Shown one piece after another: positions 32,394 through 41,153 of a stretch of 64,000 nucleotides of DNA (positions are counted from its first letter, which is position 1; the number at the start of each line of letters is the position of its first letter). This DNA comes from Nanobdellota archaeon (GTDB taxonomy: Archaea > Nanobdellota > Nanobdellia > Pacearchaeales > GW2011-AR1): positions 7,162-71,161 of the forward strand of contig JBBSZK010000008.1 in assembly GCA_038044745.1 (NCBI GenBank), in the 5' to 3' direction. Position numbers and translations under genes: made by a program. The notes beneath the pieces were generated by a model. It saw only the letters and a program-made list of their open reading frames with translations. It did not search any database and was not told the origin of the DNA.

Positions 32394-35117
32394 ATGGAAA
32401 ACCTTTCTGTATCGTCAGAAGAACGACTCATCGGAGAACGAAAAGAGAAGCTCATTTCATTTGCAAAACGGAACGTTTCTGCAATGGGGTATGTATTTCT
32501 CGCTTTAGTGGTTTTCATAGCGATCAAAATTCGCACGGCAAATCTTCCTGGGCTTAAAGATATAACAACGGGAGATTGGACACTTGGCCCCGATTTGGAC
32601 CCTTTCTTGTTCCTTCGCTGGGCAAAACACATAGTCGAAAATGGCAGTCTCATGGTCTTGGATACTATGCGATACGTCCCTCTTGGATTTGACACTTCGT
32701 ACGAACTAAACCTTCATGTTTATTTGATGGTCTGGTTTGATAAAATTGCAAGCATATTCGGTTCAACGTCAATAACCCACTCCGCAGTACTTTATCCTGT
32801 TTTTATGTTCGCGCTTTCAGTAATTGCTTTCTTTTTCATGACGAGGCTAATCTTCTCAAAACATATGGGCAAGTCATGGGCAACAACCTCCGCAATCGTA
32901 GCCGCGTTCTTGCTAACAGTCACCCCCGCGTTGTTGCCCCGAACTATTGCAGGTATTCCTGAAAAAGAAGCAAGCGGAATTCTCTTCCTCTTTCTCGCGT
33001 TCTACTTTTTCATGGCAGGATGGGGCGCAAAGAAAGGGATGCACAAGTATCTCTTAGGTTTTCTTGCGGGCGCCTCGACAGCCGTCATGGGTCTCGTGTG
33101 GGGGGGATATTTGTACATACTCATAACTGTCGGCCCCCTCATATTTTTCTCATTCGCGTTGGGACAAATGGATCGCGAAAGGAAATATTTCTACGCAACG
33201 TGGCTCGTTACCACAATGGTTATTCTTTTTCTGGGGACTAAACGATATTCATTATCTGAGCTGCTCTTTTCAACGACAACAATCCCCGTCGTGCTCATGT
33301 TAATCGTTTTAATTGTAGACTCATTAGTTCATGAAACAAATTTCCTTCGTAGAATCCCCAGATATAAAATTTTGAATCTTCCTCGACCCTTGCTTTCTCT
33401 TCTTATCACGATTGGATGTGGTCTGCTTTTCGCTCTCGTCTTTTTTGGACCAGACTATATCGTGCACAACGTGCTTGCCCTCAAAAAATTTCTCATAACC
33501 ACAGGCACCGACAGAGTAAGCGTCACGGTCGCAGAAAATAGACAGCCCTACTTCACCGAATGGGCTGCCAGTTTCGGACCTTTCTTTGCCAATTTTCCGC
33601 TACTTTTCTGGATGTTTTTTGTAGGATCAATTGTTGCATTTTATCACGCGATTGCATCGTTTGACAAAAAATCTCGCCTAATAATGGTCGCCGCCTTCAC
33701 ATTTATGCTTATTTCGTTAGCATTCAGCAGATACTCTCCCACAAGCCTCTTTAATGGAACTAACTTCGCAAGCCTCGCCTTCTATGCCCTCGGTCTTCTT
33801 GTCTTTTTAGGTGTTGGGGGAAAATACTATTTCAAGTACCATTCTGCAAACGAACTCGATCGATTACGCGCTATCAATTTCAATTTCATGCTGTTGCTCT
33901 GCTTCTTTATTATAAGCATACTCTCGGCAAGAGGCGGTGTCCGCCTCATCATGATGCTCGTACCTGCTGCGTCAATATTAGGGGCGTATCTTGTGGTTGA
34001 AGTGGCGCGCTGGGCTCACACATCCTATAAATCAAAGTCCTCTTCAAAATACCTTTCAGTGTTTTGCGCTGCGCTTTTAATCTTGAGCTTATGTTTCGTG
34101 GGATACTCGTTTTACAACACTTCGCTGATATCTGCCCAAGGGTATGTTCCCAGCATTTATACTCAGCAATGGCAGAAAGCAATGGCTTGGACACGAGATA
34201 ATACCGCGCAGGAGGCCGTTTTTGGTCATTGGTGGGACTATGGATATTGGGTTCAAAGTATGGGCGAACGTGCAACTGTTCTCGACGGAGGAAATGCAAA
34301 GGCCTACTGGAACCACATGATGGGGAGATATGCACTTACAGGCCCGAGCAACGAGCAAGCACTAGACTTCTTGTACTCCCATAACACGACTCATTTTCTT
34401 ATTGATCCGACCGATATTGGCAAGTACGGCGCTTTCTCAAGTATAGGTTCGGACAAAAATTATGACCGAACTAGTTTTATATCGACCTTTAATAAGGATG
34501 TAAACCAAGTTCTCGAAAAAAAGAATTCAACCGTTTTTGTTTACACAGGCGGAATTCCGACTGATGATGACATTCTCTATATGCTCAATGGCACGCAACT
34601 CTTCCTACCCAAAGGAAACGCAGCACTTGGCGCAATCCTTATAGAAAAAGATTCTATCACGGGAGAACTTACTCGTGCGCCCGACGCAGTCTTTTTCTAT
34701 AAAGGAAATCAGTATCTTATTCCTTTAAGGTACGCATTCGATGAAAAACTAGTAGACTTTAAAGAGGGTTTGGATGCAGGCATATTTATCATGCCTCGAA
34801 TTGTTAGCGGCGCGAATGGGCTCCAGATTCAAGATGAAGGTTCGCTTCTGTACCTCAGCAATCGCACAGTACATTCGCAGGTTGCACGCCTCTACCTATT
34901 CCAAGAAGAGAACGGCCTTTTCAAGCTCGTGCATTCAGAAGATGATCCTCTCGTAACTCAGTTGAGATTAAGCGTCCCCGATTTCAAAGGAGACTTTGTT
35001 AACTATGATACGGTGCGTGGTCCTATACGTATATGGGAAATTCATTACCCTACTGATATGACGGTCAAGAGCGAATACCTCTCGGAAGAATGGCCCGCAG
35101 AACTCTTCAGAACATAA
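32394..35117 (+). CDS. aglB: archaeal oligosaccharyltransferase AglB (STT3 homolog)
   Basis: 907 aa. About 13 TM helices, then GHWWDYGYWVQ (the WWDYG motif) and a C-terminal globular domain. Confidence 0.9.
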   Translation: MENLSVSSEERLIGERKEKLISFAKRNVSAMGYVFLALVVFIAIKIRTANLPGLKDITTGDWTLGPDLDPFLFLRWAKHIVENGSLMVLDTMRYVPLGFDTSYELNLHVYLMVWFDKIASIFGSTSITHSAVLYPVFMFALSVIAFFFMTRLIFSKHMGKSWATTSAIVAAFLLTVTPALLPRTIAGIPEKEASGILFLFLAFYFFMAGWGAKKGMHKYLLGFLAGASTAVMGLVWGGYLYILITVGPLIFFSFALGQMDRERKYFYATWLVTTMVILFLGTKRYSLSELLFSTTTIPVVLMLIVLIVDSLVHETNFLRRIPRYKILNLPRPLLSLLITIGCGLLFALVFFGPDYIVHNVLALKKFLITTGTDRVSVTVAENRQPYFTEWAASFGPFFANFPLLFWMFFVGSIVAFYHAIASFDKKSRLIMVAAFTFMLISLAFSRYSPTSLFNGTNFASLAFYALGLLVFLGVGGKYYFKYHSANELDRLRAINFNFMLLLCFFIISILSARGGVRLIMMLVPAASILGAYLVVEVARWAHTSYKSKSSSKYLSVFCAALLILSLCFVGYSFYNTSLISAQGYVPSIYTQQWQKAMAWTRDNTAQEAVFGHWWDYGYWVQSMGERATVLDGGNAKAYWNHMMGRYALTGPSNEQALDFLYSHNTTHFLIDPTDIGKYGAFSSIGSDKNYDRTSFISTFNKDVNQVLEKKNSTVFVYTGGIPTDDDILYMLNGTQLFLPKGNAALGAILIEKDSITGELTRAPDAVFFYKGNQYLIPLRYAFDEKLVDFKEGLDAGIFIMPRIVSGANGLQIQDEGSLLYLSNRTVHSQVARLYLFQEENGLFKLVHSEDDPLVTQLRLSVPDFKGDFVNYDTVRGPIRIWEIHYPTDMTVKSEYLSEEWPAELFRT

Positions 35118-35127
35118 CGCAGACTTC

Positions 35128-35135
35128 TTTAAAAA
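35128..35135 (+). promoter_or_regulatory. TATA box TTTAAAAA, 21 nt before ATG 35157
   Basis: Read directly. Confidence 0.6.
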
Positions 35136-35156
35136 GAGAGGAGAGTTACAAATGCC

Positions 35157-36284
35157 ATGAGAATACTTGAATTAACGACCTATAGTGCGGGCGGTTGCGG
35201 CGTTTGGGCGCGTGTTTACAGAGAGTCTCAATTTTTTGCAGAACAGGGTCATCGAGTAGAAGTTTTTTCGTCCGATTTCATTAAAGGTTCGAGCGAGCGA
35301 GCCCCGCACAAAGAAAAACAAGGGGGCGTTTCAATAACGCGTTTCCCCGGCATAAAACTAGGTGGTGAGAGCTTTACTTACTGGAACTTTAGACGTGCAG
35401 CACTCACCTATAAACCCGATGTTATCATTGCCCATGCGTATCGGCATACTCATACGACAAAAGCGCTTTCGATAGGCAAACAGCTGGGAATTCCAGTTTT
35501 TCTGGTCACTCACGCCCCTTTTGATAGGGCCGCAACCCGTTCATGGGTAGCAGGGGTAGCCGTATTTGTATATGACGCTTGCATAGGAAAGAGAACGCTC
35601 CCTAAATTCACAAAAATAGTCGCGATTACACGCTGGGAACTGCCCTTTCTTAGGAAATTGGGTTTGACAGATAGCAAGATTGCCTACGTGCCTAATGGAC
35701 TTCCCGAAGAGTTTTTCATTCCTCTGAAAAAGGAAGGAAAAGGAATTATATACACGGGCAGACTCGCCCCCATAAAAAATCTCGAAACGGTCAGCCGTGC
35801 GCTCGGTTTTTTACACCCTGAAGAGGAAACCCTCCCCTCGGTTGTCTTTTTTGGGCCCGCAGAAAGAGAATATCTTATTGCATTGCAAAATCAAATAAAG
35901 GCGGATGGAACAAACATAACTATAATCAACGAGACTTTTAACCAAAAGGAACAGATCAACGAACTTGACAAACACGAAATTTTTATCCTTCCCTCTCTAA
36001 GCGAAGGGTTGCCCCAATCTCTTTTAGAAGCCATGGCGCGCGGAAAAATAGTAATCGCCAGCAACAATAAAGGAAATAAAGATATCATCAAAGAAGGAAA
36101 AAACGGTTTCCTATTTCCCATTGGAAACAAGAAACGTCTTGCAGAACGCATTAAGTATATTGCTCGTCTTTCTCAAAAGGCGAAAGATAAAATAAGAAAA
36201 TCCGCGCGCACAACTGCAGAAAACTATCGTTGGAAAGTGCTTGGAGAAAAATTTCTATCTTTAATTAAGCTGCATACAAAGTAG
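35157..36284 (+). CDS. GT-B family 4 glycosyltransferase
   Basis: C-terminal PSLSEGLPQSLLEAMARGKIVIAS (the E-x7-E region of GT4). Confidence 0.8.
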   Translation: MRILELTTYSAGGCGVWARVYRESQFFAEQGHRVEVFSSDFIKGSSERAPHKEKQGGVSITRFPGIKLGGESFTYWNFRRAALTYKPDVIIAHAYRHTHTTKALSIGKQLGIPVFLVTHAPFDRAATRSWVAGVAVFVYDACIGKRTLPKFTKIVAITRWELPFLRKLGLTDSKIAYVPNGLPEEFFIPLKKEGKGIIYTGRLAPIKNLETVSRALGFLHPEEETLPSVVFFGPAEREYLIALQNQIKADGTNITIINETFNQKEQINELDKHEIFILPSLSEGLPQSLLEAMARGKIVIASNNKGNKDIIKEGKNGFLFPIGNKKRLAERIKYIARLSQKAKDKIRKSARTTAENYRWKVLGEKFLSLIKLHTK

Positions 36285-36951
36285 GATCCGAGATATTTGC
36301 CCAGTAAAATCCATGTTTACGTAATGCACACGCGAGACAAGTGCCGCAGTGTTTTTCACCACCCGAATAACAGCTCCAGGTTTTCGCAAAATTAACGCCG
36401 AGGCCAGCACCCACAGAAATAATGTCCTCTTTATTTGACATAATAAACGGCGCCCTCATAACGAAGGCTTTTGCGCAAATATCTTTTGAAATCGAGTTAA
36501 TATCTTTAATAAATATTCTACCCGCATCGGGGTAACTATCGCGGCCCTCTACACCAAAGCCCACAAAGATATCTTTAACCTTTTGCGTAGCCAAAAAGTC
36601 CTTTTCCGCAATAGAGAGGGCATAGGCCGAGAAAAGAAGGTTGCGACAAGGAACATACCATTGTCCGCTAATCGAACGCGTATCTTTTAGCTGCTCCTTT
36701 CTAACAGAATCAAATTTATTTGCATTGCTATGGATAAGCGAATCACTCTCGATTGCAATCTTTACGATTTTCAAAGCGCATGCAAGCTGTCTTGCATGGT
36801 ATTTTACACAATCAAGTTCGCGGTTCTGTCCATTTTGACCGTAATCAAAAAAAAGGAGAGTCACATCCTCATAATTATCTTTCCTCTTAATTCGGTACGC
36901 GGTAACGACGCTATCAATTCCTCCAGAACAAAGAACAAGTGCGCCCCTCAT
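36265..36951 (-). CDS. queC: 7-cyano-7-deazaguanine synthase (QueC)
   Basis: LCSGGIDS PP-loop, FDYGQ, YVPCRN, YPD, and the C-terminal TWSCYSGGEKHCGTCLACALRKHGF zinc site. ATG 36951 fits the shared TATA. Confidence 0.75.
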   Translation of the reverse strand: MRGALVLCSGGIDSVVTAYRIKRKDNYEDVTLLFFDYGQNGQNRELDCVKYHARQLACALKIVKIAIESDSLIHSNANKFDSVRKEQLKDTRSISGQWYVPCRNLLFSAYALSIAEKDFLATQKVKDIFVGFGVEGRDSYPDAGRIFIKDINSISKDICAKAFVMRAPFIMSNKEDIISVGAGLGVNFAKTWSCYSGGEKHCGTCLACALRKHGFYWANISDPTLYAA

Positions 36952-36971
36952 AAAAAAACAAAAGAAACAAT

Positions 36972-36980
36972 CTTTATAAG
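36972..36980. promoter_or_regulatory. single shared near-palindromic TATA box CTTTATAAG centred in the 49-bp divergent spacer
   Basis: 20-21 nt to ATG 37001 (+) and to ATG 36951 (-). Confidence 0.6.
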
Positions 36981-37000
36981 CCTGTAGACGTACTCTTTTC

Positions 37001-37195
37001 ATGAAGAAAAAAGCTAGCGAGGTACGGGTAGGAGATTCGCTTATAGTTGGTGGCGAACATCTTAAAGTGTCGGCCTGCGAGCTGTCAGAAACAAGCAAGC
37101 AAGGCGCGAAAAAATGTCGTCTCGAAGCACAACGCGCATCGGGAGAAAAAGTGGTTCTTATTCGTCCTGCACATTACCCGCTTGAAGTCGCATGA
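37001..37195 (+). CDS. stand-alone aIF5A/EF-P N-terminal (KOW/SH3-like) domain protein, hypusine loop deleted
   Basis: 64 aa. VRVGDSLIVGGEHLKV...SKQGAKKCR...LEVA aligns by eye to the aIF5A N-domain (V.vG..v.idG.p..v....SKpGKHGgAKar...VEVP) but lacks GKHG. Has its own TATA and ATGA coupling to the next gene. Confidence 0.4.
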   Translation: MKKKASEVRVGDSLIVGGEHLKVSACELSETSKQGAKKCRLEAQRASGEKVVLIRPAHYPLEVA

Positions 37196-38109
37196 TTGAT
37201 GTTATCCTTACCTCTTATAACGAACCCAAGGCTACATGCAAGGCCCTTAAATCTATTTTAGAGCAGTCCGCAAGAAAAGACTTACAGGTCCTTGTGGTCG
37301 ACCCGTTTCCAGAAACTGAAGTCTTTCTAAAATCTCAGATAAAAGATGCTCGATGGTCTTTTTTTCTCGACCCCGGAGAAGGAAAAGGATTCGCGCTCAA
37401 CATGCTCTTTCAAGAACGAGCCTCAAGCAATCCTGATGATATTTTTATTATGACCGATGGCGATGTATTCCTTGACAAGGGCACCTTAGAAGCGATTATT
37501 ACCCGCTTCAAAGACAAGCGCGTAGGCTGTGTTGCCGGACATCCCGTGCCGCTCGAATCAAGAGGAACCATGTATGGATACTGGGCGCATTTATTTATGG
37601 ATGGTATCGACCGAGTGCGAGAAGGTTTCTCAAGGAAAAAGATTTTTTTCGAGTGTTCGGGATATCTTTTTTCCATAAGAAAGGGAATTTTACTTGATTT
37701 TCCAACGGAAACGTCAGAAGACAGTGTAATCCCCTATCTCATCTGGAAAAAGGGATATAAAATAGCATACGCGCGGCAGGCGCTCGTATATGTGAAGAAT
37801 CCAGAAAATTGGGCAGATTGGGTTGCACAAAAGGTACGAAACATAAAAGCACACGAAAGACTAAAAGAAATCGCTCCCGATATGCCTCGCACAAAGAGTT
37901 TTCTTAACGAAGTGAAACTTGGCACTCTTTTTGCATTGAAGTACCCAAAGACGGTTCGTGAACTGTGGTGGACACTATGCTCTTTTGGTGCACGCCTCTA
38001 TATCTACAAGAAAGCGTTCTCAGAAATGAAAAAAGGAAGGAAATACACCGATGGCTGGAGAGGAGAAGCCTTCACACATTCAACTAATCCTCTATCCGAG
38101 CATTCTTAA
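37192..38109 (+). CDS. family 2 glycosyltransferase
   Basis: IDVILTSYNEPKAT...MTDGD GT-A motifs. Confidence 0.75.
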   Translation: MIDVILTSYNEPKATCKALKSILEQSARKDLQVLVVDPFPETEVFLKSQIKDARWSFFLDPGEGKGFALNMLFQERASSNPDDIFIMTDGDVFLDKGTLEAIITRFKDKRVGCVAGHPVPLESRGTMYGYWAHLFMDGIDRVREGFSRKKIFFECSGYLFSIRKGILLDFPTETSEDSVIPYLIWKKGYKIAYARQALVYVKNPENWADWVAQKVRNIKAHERLKEIAPDMPRTKSFLNEVKLGTLFALKYPKTVRELWWTLCSFGARLYIYKKAFSEMKKGRKYTDGWRGEAFTHSTNPLSEHS

Positions 38110-38506
38110 AAGAATTTAATCGGTCGCGCAACGCTTCCTTTGTGTTCACAATATCAACGGAAGAAAGAAGGATGGGGCTCAAGTAATCGGCTGCTTCTTC
38201 AAGAGACTCATCGGTCTTCAATCCAATACACTGGATTCCTTGCGCATAAGCAAATCCTAGCTCCCATGCGGTTCCTGCGCCAACATGTAATCCTTCAAGC
38301 AACGCAACAACCACATCACACTTGCGTAACCCTCCAAAAATATCTTTGTGAAATATAACCTCTGCATTTTTTATTTCATAAAAGAGACCAACCTCACGAT
38401 GAGGAAGGAACGTTTCAAACCCGAGGTTTTCACATAAGGTCGCAATTTCATTAAGCGATTCTCTTTCTGAACTCGTACTGAGCTTTCCCGCGATATAAAT
38501 CCGCAT
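38084..38506 (-). CDS. nucleoside 2-deoxyribosyltransferase-family protein
   Basis: MRIYIAGKL...CDVVVALLEG...GTAWELGFAYAQG matches the NDT fold motifs. Start ATG 38506 fits the shared TATA. Confidence 0.6.
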   Translation of the reverse strand: MRIYIAGKLSTSSERESLNEIATLCENLGFETFLPHREVGLFYEIKNAEVIFHKDIFGGLRKCDVVVALLEGLHVGAGTAWELGFAYAQGIQCIGLKTDESLEEAADYLSPILLSSVDIVNTKEALRDRLNSFKNARIED

Positions 38507-38526
38507 GCAAGGAAGAAGGCCAATAG

Positions 38527-38534
38527 TTTTAAAA
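38527..38534. promoter_or_regulatory. single shared palindromic TATA box TTTTAAAA centred in the 49-bp divergent spacer
   Basis: 21 nt to ATG 38556 (+) and 20 nt to ATG 38506 (-). Confidence 0.6.
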
Positions 38535-38555
38535 CATGACGGTCGTAGCTCAACC

Positions 38556-39554
38556 ATGCAAATAATAGTGATAAAATTGGGTGCGGCAGGAGACGTTTTA
38601 AGGACACTCCCCCTGATGCGAGCTATACGAGATGCCCATGCAGGAGCAGAAGTTACACTTATTACAAAAGAGGAGATAGTAGAATTAGTTAAGGGTATTG
38701 ATTACATCCATCATATCAAAACGATTCCCCTACGTGAGAGGTTGGAAGCAGATATCCTCTATAACTTTGATACCGATGCAATTGCACTCGAAATAGCAAC
38801 GCATACGCCTGCAAAGAAGAAATATGGTTTTTACGCTCTTGACGGGTATCCTGCCGCATGCAACGCAGGCGCAGAATATTATCTGAATACAATATTCGAT
38901 GATGAATTAAAGAAAAAGAACACCCTGACCTATCAAGAGATGATGTTTGCGGCAGCCGAACTGCCCGTTACAAAAGAAGTTTATCACTTGCCCATAGGGG
39001 ATCGTGCTAAAGAATATGCACAACGATTCGTCGAAAGCAGAATTTCTGGAAGGGGGCCTCTAATAGGAATACATATGGGTGCGTCTTCACGCTGGCCCTC
39101 AAAGGTTTGGTCGTTATCATACGTTGAAGAATTTATAAAAAAAGCTTCGGCACAGGGATACGAAGTTATTTTATTCGGAGGACCGAACGAAATAAATGAA
39201 CACGGGCTACTCTCTAAAAAGCTTACTTCAGAGGGCATTCCGTTTGCACGCAATAATCCCAGCAACTCTAAACAAGAGTTCCTTGCTTTGTTAGAAAAAT
39301 GTGATGCGTTCATATGTTCGGACAGTTTCGCACTGCATGCTGCAGTCGGACTACAAAAGAAGGTATTGGCTCTCTTTTTTTGCACAAGCCCCAATGAACT
39401 CGAGAGTTATGGGCTCGTGAAAAAAATTGTTTCCCCAAGGCTTTATGAATTTTTTCCAGAAAAAAGCGATGTTTTTGATAAAGGGCTCGTTGAGAGTATC
39501 TCTGTTGAACAGGTTTTAACAGAGCTTAAAAACCTAGTTCCTCCGAAGGTATAA
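38556..39554 (+). CDS. family 9 glycosyltransferase (heptosyltransferase-like)
   Basis: IVIKLGAAGDVLRTLPLMRAI, IGIHMGASSRWPSKVW and CSDSFALHAAVGL are typical GT9 blocks. Confidence 0.7.
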   Translation: MQIIVIKLGAAGDVLRTLPLMRAIRDAHAGAEVTLITKEEIVELVKGIDYIHHIKTIPLRERLEADILYNFDTDAIALEIATHTPAKKKYGFYALDGYPAACNAGAEYYLNTIFDDELKKKNTLTYQEMMFAAAELPVTKEVYHLPIGDRAKEYAQRFVESRISGRGPLIGIHMGASSRWPSKVWSLSYVEEFIKKASAQGYEVILFGGPNEINEHGLLSKKLTSEGIPFARNNPSNSKQEFLALLEKCDAFICSDSFALHAAVGLQKKVLALFFCTSPNELESYGLVKKIVSPRLYEFFPEKSDVFDKGLVESISVEQVLTELKNLVPPKV

Positions 39555-39557
39555 ATA
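39550..39557 (+). promoter_or_regulatory. TATA box TATAAATA, 21 nt before ATG 39579
   Basis: Read directly. Confidence 0.6.
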
Positions 39558-39578
39558 GGCAAAAGCGTATAATGAAAA

Positions 39579-41114
39579 ATGTCCTCTAAATCGGCAGAAT
39601 CGATTAAGCTTTGGCTCAAAGATAATCATAATGCCCTATTTATTTTGATCTTGGTCTTCTCTTTTCTCGTCAGACTTTATTTTTTTGCCAACGCGTACAG
39701 CCAGCCACTTTGGTGGGATGAGGCTGAATACATGGCTACTGCAAAACATTGGGCATTTGGCGTGCCTTACGATATCAATCCTCAACGCCCCCCTCTTTTT
39801 CAGTTGGCCGCAATACCCTTTCTTTGGTTCGGCCTTGGCGAGGGTTCACTTAAGTTCTTCCTCGTCCTTCTTCCTTCGGTTTGTACGATAGGTCTTGTCT
39901 ACTTCGTTGGACGAGAACTGTTTGGGAAAAGAATTGCACTTATTGCAACAGCCGCCTCCTCGGTGGTGTGGTCTTTTCTCTTCTGGAGTATTCGATTTCA
40001 GCCAGATTTCTTTTCCCTCAGTTTCCAACTTCTTTCAGTTTTGTTTTTCTGGAAAACATTTAAGGAAGGGAAAAAATCGTTCGCAATTCTTACGGGGGTT
40101 TTCATCGCGTTAGCATTTTACTTTAAAATTTCAGCATTGCTCGTTCCACTATCTTTTCTAATATTCATTTTATTCAAGGACGGATTTTTATTCATTAAAA
40201 ACAAAAATTATTGGCTAATCTTTCTTTCATTTCTCCTCGCTCTAATACCCTTCGGTATATGGCAGTATGTTCTTTTCGGAAATCCCGTTGCGTTCGCACC
40301 TTCTTATATCGGAGGAACAGGAATCGGACAGGGATGGGAACTGGGATGGACGGTTATGAACTTTTTCTATCAACTCCCCAAACCCTTCTTCTTTGCTCTA
40401 TTTCTGGTCGGCATTGCTCTTTCTCTGTTACATATAGGGCTCTCGGCAGACCTGTATCTCAAGAATAAAGAGCGGAGACTCGACCCCTCTTTGTTCTCAC
40501 TGATTCTATTGTTTGTGATGGTCTGTTTTTATGTCTTTTACATACGGGGAATAATAGAAGACCGGTGGGTTTTTCTCATGATCCCCTTCATTATGTACTT
40601 CTCAGCGAAGGGGCTCGATACGATCGCAGAAAAGACAAAACAATTACACCCAAAAGCCCCTCTCGTGGTAATACTTCTTGCACTCCTCTTTCTTGCGTAT
40701 GTACAAGTGCAACACGCGCATTCGTTGATAGAAGTAAAGAAAACGTCTTACCTCCCCGTTAAAGAAGCTTCTCTATGGATTAAGCAAAACTCAGTTCCTG
40801 ACGATACAATACTTAGTAATTCCTATACACAAGCAACGACTTATGCAGAGAGAAAAATTCTACCCTATCCTGCACTTGTAAGAAACGAAAGCGACAGTTA
40901 TTCATACATGCCTTCAAAGAAGGAAATGCTTGACGAACTTGTAAATGAGAGTCATCCGAAATATTTAATGGTTTCAGTGTTCGAAAGACATCCCGATTGG
41001 ACACAGGACTGGTTAAACGAAAACCAGCCAAGGTTAAAGCCCGTGCAAGCCTACTTTTCCGATGCACAAAAGACACAAGCAATGTTAATCGTCTACGAGA
41101 TAAGCTACGTTTAG
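39579..41114 (+). CDS. GT-C fold glycosyltransferase (ArnT/PMT_2-like)
   Basis: 511 aa, polytopic. First loop WWDEAEY. C-terminal soluble domain. Confidence 0.7.
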   Translation: MSSKSAESIKLWLKDNHNALFILILVFSFLVRLYFFANAYSQPLWWDEAEYMATAKHWAFGVPYDINPQRPPLFQLAAIPFLWFGLGEGSLKFFLVLLPSVCTIGLVYFVGRELFGKRIALIATAASSVVWSFLFWSIRFQPDFFSLSFQLLSVLFFWKTFKEGKKSFAILTGVFIALAFYFKISALLVPLSFLIFILFKDGFLFIKNKNYWLIFLSFLLALIPFGIWQYVLFGNPVAFAPSYIGGTGIGQGWELGWTVMNFFYQLPKPFFFALFLVGIALSLLHIGLSADLYLKNKERRLDPSLFSLILLFVMVCFYVFYIRGIIEDRWVFLMIPFIMYFSAKGLDTIAEKTKQLHPKAPLVVILLALLFLAYVQVQHAHSLIEVKKTSYLPVKEASLWIKQNSVPDDTILSNSYTQATTYAERKILPYPALVRNESDSYSYMPSKKEMLDELVNESHPKYLMVSVFERHPDWTQDWLNENQPRLKPVQAYFSDAQKTQAMLIVYEISYV

Positions 41115-41124
41115 TTTCCTAATA

Positions 41125-41132
41125 TTTAAATA
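41125..41132 (+). promoter_or_regulatory. TATA box TTTAAATA, 21 nt before the asnB ATG 41154
   Basis: Read directly. Confidence 0.6.
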
Positions 41133-41153
41133 CGAACTAAGGCAACATCGCGT

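Noticed and set aside
36265-38506. queC plus an NDT-like gene as part of a 7-deazaguanine DNA-modification (Dpd-like) or nucleotide-depleting defence system
   Set aside because: No DpdA/TGT paralog, helicase, nuclease or other defence-associated gene is nearby. queC is needed for archaeosine in tRNA, and the genes are in separate divergent or convergent transcription units.
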